DNA from: an uncultured Bacteroidaceae bacterium
GTDB taxonomy: Bacteria; Bacteroidota; Bacteroidia; Bacteroidales; GCA-2748055
DNA: 64,000 nucleotides
Direction: 5' to 3'
Assembly: GCA_964538375.1 (NCBI GenBank)
Contig: CAZIFQ010000001.1
Location: forward strand, 35,463-99,462
The notes under the pieces were generated by a model, which saw nothing but the letters and a program-made list of their open reading frames with translations, did not search any database and was not told the origin of the DNA. Below, in pieces: positions 56,916-64,000 of this stretch (the first letter of the stretch is position 1; the number at the start of each line of letters is the position of its first letter). The position numbers were made by a program, and so were the translations under genes.

Positions 56916-58724
56916 ATGACTTTAGAAGGATATATCTCGATTGCAGTTATTCTACTGATGATTATCGCGCTTATAAAAGAAGTAATGAGGCCCGGCCTTG
57001 TTCTCTTTACAGCGCTGGTCATTTTTATGGTCGCTGACATTCTCACTGCAGAAGAAGCCCTGGCTGGCTTCTCCAATAAAGGAATGATCACTATTGCCAT
57101 TCTATTTCTTGTAAGTGAAGGATTTAAGCAAACCGGGGCGCTGAGTAAGATTGCCAATGTATTGTTACCAAAAAAGCGCGCGCCGATCCCAAATATGCTT
57201 ATGCGGATAACAATTCCAATTGCAGGTATATCTGCTTTTCTGAACAACACCCCAATGGTAATTATTTTTGCTCCGATGGTGAAAAAGTGGGCTGAGAAAT
57301 TAAACCTCCCCGCACAGAAATTTCTTATACCCCTCTCCTATGCAACTATCCTGGGAGGTACCTGCACATTAATCGGAACTTCTACTAATCTTGTTGTACA
57401 CGGTATGATGCTTGACCGGGGAATTGAAGGATTGGGGATGTTCGAACTGGCTAAAGTTGGAATTTTTGTTGCTGTTATAGGCTTTATCTATATGTTTCTA
57501 TTCGCGAACCGACTGTTGCCAGGTGAAACGATTCCGAAGAACAGCTTCCCAAATGAGCTGCGTGAATTTAACTTTGATGTGATCCTCGAAAAGGACAGTT
57601 CAATGATAGGAAAAGTAATTGAGAAAAAACGATTACCTGGTCTTTCTGAATTTGTTGTTAAAACCGTTTTGCGTGAGGGGAAGCATATGCGAATATCAAA
57701 TACTCCTCACAAAATTGAGGAAGGAGATGAATTTATCCTGGCTGGAAAATCTGAGGATATTGGTTTCCTGATGCAAAAAAAAGGAATCACTCTCAGGTGC
57801 CTGGTAAATGCTGATGCGCGATTTATGAATGAGAACCTGAAGCAGGTTGAAGTTGTTCTTGCTCCTCGTTTCCCTGGAATCCAAAAGACAATTACGGAGT
57901 TTGACTTCAAAGGACACTATAACGCCATTGTGATGGCCGTACATAGAAATGGTGAGCGAATTTATACGGGAATGGAAAATATTGAATTCAAGGCCGGGGA
58001 TAACCTTGTTCTGCTAACCACGGATGATTTTACAAAATACTGGGGGGAATCACGTGTCTTCTATATGGCGACTGAGATAGGAGACATGGACAGTACAAAA
58101 GACAAAAGAAAAAGATGGTTCGCACTTGGTGTAACCGTATTAATGGTTATTGGCGCTACTGTTGGGCGATCCTTACCTACATATGGCGATGTCAACTTTG
58201 ATATGTTCTTTTTTGCTGCTATTGCTATGGTTCTTATGGCCACATTTAAAATTTTCCCTGCAAAAAAATATACTAAACCCATTAACTGGGATGTCCTGAT
58301 CACTGTTGCTGCAGCATTTGGTTTAAGCAGGGCCCTTCAAAATTCAGGGGCCGCAGATGTTCTCGCCCACTACGTTATAAACATTTCAAAATCAACATTT
58401 GGCCCCATCGGAGTGCTTGCAGCTATCTATCTGTTGACCTCTCTCTTTACAGAAATTATTACCAATAACGCTGCTGCTGCCCTTACTTTCCCGATTGCCC
58501 TTTCTGCGGCAACCCAACTTGGTGTTGACCCAAGGCCATTTTTTATTGCAATTGCTGTAGCTGCCTCATGTAGTTTTTCAACTCCAATTGGGTACCAGAC
58601 TAACCTGATTGTTCAAAGTATCGGAAATTACAAATTTAGTGATTATTGGAAAATCGGTTTGCCACTCAATATCCTGGCCTTCGTCGTCTCAATGATAATG
58701 ATCCCTATCTTCTGGGAATTCTAA
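56916..58724 (+). CDS. SLC13/DASS family anion permease with two central TrkA-C domains
   Basis: 602 aa with TM bundles at both ends and a soluble middle carrying two TrkA-C-like repeats. It starts 5 nt after the preceding gene. Confidence 0.85.
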   Translation: MTLEGYISIAVILLMIIALIKEVMRPGLVLFTALVIFMVADILTAEEALAGFSNKGMITIAILFLVSEGFKQTGALSKIANVLLPKKRAPIPNMLMRITIPIAGISAFLNNTPMVIIFAPMVKKWAEKLNLPAQKFLIPLSYATILGGTCTLIGTSTNLVVHGMMLDRGIEGLGMFELAKVGIFVAVIGFIYMFLFANRLLPGETIPKNSFPNELREFNFDVILEKDSSMIGKVIEKKRLPGLSEFVVKTVLREGKHMRISNTPHKIEEGDEFILAGKSEDIGFLMQKKGITLRCLVNADARFMNENLKQVEVVLAPRFPGIQKTITEFDFKGHYNAIVMAVHRNGERIYTGMENIEFKAGDNLVLLTTDDFTKYWGESRVFYMATEIGDMDSTKDKRKRWFALGVTVLMVIGATVGRSLPTYGDVNFDMFFFAAIAMVLMATFKIFPAKKYTKPINWDVLITVAAAFGLSRALQNSGAADVLAHYVINISKSTFGPIGVLAAIYLLTSLFTEIITNNAAAALTFPIALSAATQLGVDPRPFFIAIAVAASCSFSTPIGYQTNLIVQSIGNYKFSDYWKIGLPLNILAFVVSMIMIPIFWEF

Positions 58725-58750
58725 TATCCGAGCGCTCTTGAGGGGGTCAC

Positions 58751-60439
58751 TTAGTACCCCGCTGCTTGTCCGTCTTTCCTCGACTCTGAGGCCCCATAGT
58801 AAACCCCTGTTTCCGGGTCCCTCAATATGGCCTGGTATCCACCATAGGAACCTTTGCTGTATTGTATTTTATGTCCCCTGCTCAATAATTCCCGTATCTC
58901 CTTATAATCGATACCCGATTCAAGAAAAACAGTTCCCCCGTCAGTCATTGTTTCTCCGGTTGGCTGAGATGAACCTTCATGCCTGATACGCGGAGCATCA
59001 CCTGCTTCCTGCAGGTTCATGTCAAAATCAATAAGGTTGACCACTATTTGTGCATGACCCTGTGGCTGCATAGCTCCTCCCATCAGTCCAAAACTAATAT
59101 AGGGCTTACCATCTTTGGTGATAAATGCCGGAATAATTGTATGAAAAGGCCTCTTTCCTGGTTCATACACGTTCATGTGTTCCTCGGAAAGCGAAAACAA
59201 CTCTCCCCTGTCCTGCAAAATAAACCCCAGTCCGGGAGGACAAATACCTGAACCCATACCACGATAGTTGCTCTGGATTAGAGAAACCATATTCCCGTCT
59301 TTATCAGCAACAGTGAGGTAAATAGTATTCCCCTGTTCAATGGATCCTGCATTGTATGACCTGGCTGCTCGCGCTCTGATCAGTTCTCTTCGCTCATCAG
59401 CATACTCCTTTGAAAGCAGCTCGTCCACCGGGAGATCATTGAAATCAGGGTCCGCATAATATTTTGCCCGATCTTCAAAAGCCAGTTTCTTCGCCTCTAA
59501 GAAATGATGAATATATTCAGCGCTGCCGAATCCCATGTTGGTAACATCAAAGCCCTCCAGAATATTCAGAATCTGCAGTGCAGCGATGCCTTGTCCGTTT
59601 GGAGGAAGCTCCCAAACATCATAACCCCGATAGTTCACAGACACCGGCTCCACCCATTCTGAACTGTGGCTTGCCAGGTCTTCATAAGATAAAAATCCAC
59701 CCTGCTCAGCCATAAAATCACAAATGATATGTGCAATATCGCCTTTGTAAAACTCATCTCTTCCTTTCCTGGCAATAAGCTCAAGGGTATTCGCCAAGGC
59801 CGGATTTTTAAAGACATCTCCTTTGGAGGGTGGCTTTCCTCCAGGCATATACACATCGCCGACATTAGGAAAATTTCCAGCCAGGTACCTGGCATTGCTT
59901 TGCCAGTAATAGGCAATTAGCTCTGTTAAGGGAAATCCATTCCTTGCGTACTCAATGGCCGGATTCAAAATCTTCTTCATAGACAGAGATCCAAACTTTT
60001 CTTGTAAAGAAAACCATCCGTCAACACATCCCGGGACAGACACGGGTAAGACACCGGTCGAAGGTATCTTCTCATATCCATTTTCCACAAAATAATCCAG
60101 TGTTAAAGATTTAGGAGACCTTCCGCTTGCATTTAGTCCATATAGCTTTTCTGTTTTGGCATCCCAGACAATCGCAAATAAATCTCCCCCGATACCATTA
60201 CCTGTCGGTTCCACCAATCCTAGTAGCGCATTAGCAGCAATTGCTGCATCAACTGCATTTCCACCAGCTTTCAATATATCCAGGGCGACCTGAGTTGCCA
60301 GGGGCTGACTTGTACAAGCCATTCCATTCACTGCGATCACTTCAGATCTCGTTGCAAAAGTTTCACCCGTCAACCGGTCCTGGGTAAATGCAGAGTATGA
60401 TAATAAGCTAAGCAATAGTAAAAAGCCAAATTTTTTCAT
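58751..60439 (-). CDS. ggt: gamma-glutamyltransferase
   Basis: 562 aa with a signal peptide. The autoprocessing region is ...PGKRPFHTIIP, plus GLMGGAMQPQGH. Confidence 0.92.
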   Translation of the reverse strand: MKKFGFLLLLSLLSYSAFTQDRLTGETFATRSEVIAVNGMACTSQPLATQVALDILKAGGNAVDAAIAANALLGLVEPTGNGIGGDLFAIVWDAKTEKLYGLNASGRSPKSLTLDYFVENGYEKIPSTGVLPVSVPGCVDGWFSLQEKFGSLSMKKILNPAIEYARNGFPLTELIAYYWQSNARYLAGNFPNVGDVYMPGGKPPSKGDVFKNPALANTLELIARKGRDEFYKGDIAHIICDFMAEQGGFLSYEDLASHSSEWVEPVSVNYRGYDVWELPPNGQGIAALQILNILEGFDVTNMGFGSAEYIHHFLEAKKLAFEDRAKYYADPDFNDLPVDELLSKEYADERRELIRARAARSYNAGSIEQGNTIYLTVADKDGNMVSLIQSNYRGMGSGICPPGLGFILQDRGELFSLSEEHMNVYEPGKRPFHTIIPAFITKDGKPYISFGLMGGAMQPQGHAQIVVNLIDFDMNLQEAGDAPRIRHEGSSQPTGETMTDGGTVFLESGIDYKEIRELLSRGHKIQYSKGSYGGYQAILRDPETGVYYGASESRKDGQAAGY

Positions 60440-60613
60440 GATAGTGATTTGTTTAAAGAGTTTTTGAGACCTTCACGATGATATTGTTTTTATCCTTCCA
60501 AGCTTCTTTGGAGGCGAGGTAGAATAAGAAAGGGAGACACCTGCGGCGACTCCCCTTTGTATTCCATCTGACACATCCTTACATCTGACGCATCCCGGTT
60601 CAGACAATGTTAT

Positions 60614-61627
60614 CTACTTCAGCTTATATGCTCTCACCCAATCAATTTCCATTGCAGCAGGTAATCCGTTTTCACCAGCACCCTCTTTAAGAGCTGTACT
60701 GAAAAGCATATACATTTCTTCCTGTGGCACACCCGAAGTTTGGGTCTTAAAGACTTTGTCGTTGATCTTCCAGGTTAGCTTGTTAGGGCTCCATTCAAGG
60801 GTAACAATGAAAAAATCATTGGTATATTTTGAACCACTGGTTTTTGATTGTGACTTTGAAGGCACCTGTCCCGCACGAGGTGACCAGAAAAAGTTACACC
60901 ACAATTTATTTTTTTCATATCTCGCTACATCAATATGCGGAGTAGCAGTCTCAGAAATCATCCAGAAAGCTTGCTGACTATCAGCCGGAGCCATTTTTAT
61001 CTTGGCTTTAAACGTGCCATACTTCTGACGGAAGCTTTTCCCGGTACTGATAAGAGCAGAGGTATAATCAAAATGACCGATCAGAAATCCATGATCAAGA
61101 TGCAATTTGTAACCTTCTGCTTGTTCTACTCTTGTTACCAGGCGAATTTTATTGTCATAAAATTCAACATTCTTTCCATCAGACATGAAGCTTAAATCAT
61201 CTGCCATCACATAAGGTTCTTTCAATGCAGCATCAGCCCAGTAGTAGTGGGTCATCCAAGTCTTCCGGTCTAAAGCAGAAGCTGAGAAGGGTTCATTAAA
61301 GGTCTCTTCCCAACGTGCAATTTCTTTAAAAGGATTTTTCTTTTTCGTTTTAAAGAACCAGACGATTTTTTCTGATTTCTTTAACTCACGATATTCTTGT
61401 GCCTTTTTATATTCCTCAGATTCTGCCCGTTCTGCCTTTGGCACCTGGCGTTTTCTTACAGCAAAGTCGCTGGACTTAACTTCTTGCTCTAACTCCTGAA
61501 AATGTTTCAACTCGTCAGAGCTTTCAAACCTTAAAAATTCGGCATAATCGGCGCGGATCTTATCATCTGCTGCCTCTACTTTTTCAGTGCTTGGGACCAT
61601 CCCCAATAAAAATGCTAAGCTTGCCAT
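60614..61627 (-). CDS. concanavalin-A-like / GH16-like domain protein (no clear catalytic ExDxxE seen)
   Basis: 337 aa with a charged helical N-terminal third. The C-terminal beta-sandwich pattern is ...FFIVTLEWSPNKLTWKINDKVF...MEIDWVRAYK. Confidence 0.5.
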   Translation of the reverse strand: MASLAFLLGMVPSTEKVEAADDKIRADYAEFLRFESSDELKHFQELEQEVKSSDFAVRKRQVPKAERAESEEYKKAQEYRELKKSEKIVWFFKTKKKNPFKEIARWEETFNEPFSASALDRKTWMTHYYWADAALKEPYVMADDLSFMSDGKNVEFYDNKIRLVTRVEQAEGYKLHLDHGFLIGHFDYTSALISTGKSFRQKYGTFKAKIKMAPADSQQAFWMISETATPHIDVARYEKNKLWCNFFWSPRAGQVPSKSQSKTSGSKYTNDFFIVTLEWSPNKLTWKINDKVFKTQTSGVPQEEMYMLFSTALKEGAGENGLPAAMEIDWVRAYKLK

Positions 61628-61683
61628 ATTTTTTTATTGATAATATTAATGAATAAAGATAAAAAAATTTGAATTGCCATCAA

Positions 61684-62331
61684 CTATCTTCTGTATCCTT
61701 TTCCGCGACCATGGAAATAATAGACTGCCTGCACCTCAATAACCAAAGCTGTTAATGGCGAAGAAAGAAATTTCGGTTTTGTTTCATCCCAGATGCTCTC
61801 GCTTTCGGGAGCATTAAGCACAAGGCCGGGCCAGGCATATTTTGCGTTTACATGAAAATCCCAAAATGAGGTCATTTTCATTTCAAGTCCGGCACCCAGA
61901 TTGGGACCAAAGCCAAAAGTGGCACCTGAAACTGGTGGATCAACCATAGATGCAATCAATAATTCAACATTATAATTGAGATACGTATAGTTCACGCCTG
62001 CAAACCCGACAACAGTCAATGTTTTTTCATTGAATATCCTGTATTGAAAATCAATATCTCCATGAAATAAATAAGTGGTAGTAAAAAAGCTGCTGTTTGG
62101 CTTAACGGTGTGAGGATTATATGCTGTAACAGAGGGAACAATAAACATGGTTTTACGCTTATCCAGTGCGATCCATGTCCTGACATTGATCCCGGGATTT
62201 CCTGTTTTTGCAATGAGATTATAAACTATTTTTTCAGAAAATGATAAGCCAACTCCAATGCGATCAAGCTGGGCCAAAGCTGAAGCTGAAATCATTAAAA
62301 AAGCAATCGAAATGAAAATAATTTTCTTCAT
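61684..62331 (-). CDS. outer membrane beta-barrel protein
   Basis: MKKIIFISIAFLMISASALAQ signal peptide. The ATG at 62331 is preferred over the track start at 62373 because a full promoter motif lies inside the longer version. Confidence 0.6.
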   Translation of the reverse strand: MKKIIFISIAFLMISASALAQLDRIGVGLSFSEKIVYNLIAKTGNPGINVRTWIALDKRKTMFIVPSVTAYNPHTVKPNSSFFTTTYLFHGDIDFQYRIFNEKTLTVVGFAGVNYTYLNYNVELLIASMVDPPVSGATFGFGPNLGAGLEMKMTSFWDFHVNAKYAWPGLVLNAPESESIWDETKPKFLSSPLTALVIEVQAVYYFHGRGKGYRR

Positions 62332-62349
62332 AAAATGCAATTCTATTAA

Positions 62350-64000
<1,651 letters not shown>

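Overview
All calls come from reading the ORF translations and the DNA by eye. No database search was run, so family names are motif-level recognitions.

The window looks like a core chromosomal segment of a Bacteroidota genome. Supporting signs are a PorZ-like propeller protein with a type IX secretion (T9SS) C-terminal sorting domain, the DUF3098-uppP-truB-queA neighbourhood, a GH3-family gene, and TAnnTTTG-type promoter motifs.

Most of the window is tightly packed housekeeping:
- recO, rdgB, ilvE, ftsX, uppP, truB, queA, dNK, tsaB, efp, tyrS, cvpA, plsC, arfB, ggt and atpD.
- Three tRNAs: Asn-GTT, Gln-TTG and Arg-CCT.
- Envelope genes: TolC plus an adaptor, Wzz plus an O-antigen-ligase-like protein, an AsmA-like protein and beta-barrel outer membrane proteins (OMPs).
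- Signalling genes: a propeller-sensor class III adenylate cyclase, two PP2C/SpoIIE phosphatases and a PadR-PspC pair.

I found no CRISPR array, no intact mobile element and no recognisable multi-gene defence system.

The items most worth a second look:
1. An orphan 221-aa protein (36060-36725) whose element order resembles a gasdermin N-terminal pore-forming domain. It has no protease neighbour and no C-terminal inhibitory tail, and a direct repeat lies over its start codon.
2. A visibly AT-richer ~3 kb islet next to the 3' end of tRNA-Arg. It holds a DUF2142/GT-C-like gene, a start-less gene fragment and an unknown 141-aa ORF, and is bounded on the far side by a degenerate copy of the tRNA 3' end.
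3. The adenylate cyclase carries a C-terminal HD-like domain that appears catalytically degenerate, and it is divergent from a tandem universal stress protein (USP) gene.
4. A YfiR-like/PP2C fusion lies beside two tandem Cys-rich mini-lipoproteins.
5. Two apparently collapsed mini-ORFs and a G-rich heptamer repeat in a divergent promoter region.

The gasdermin-like assignment is tentative and needs profile and structure searches.
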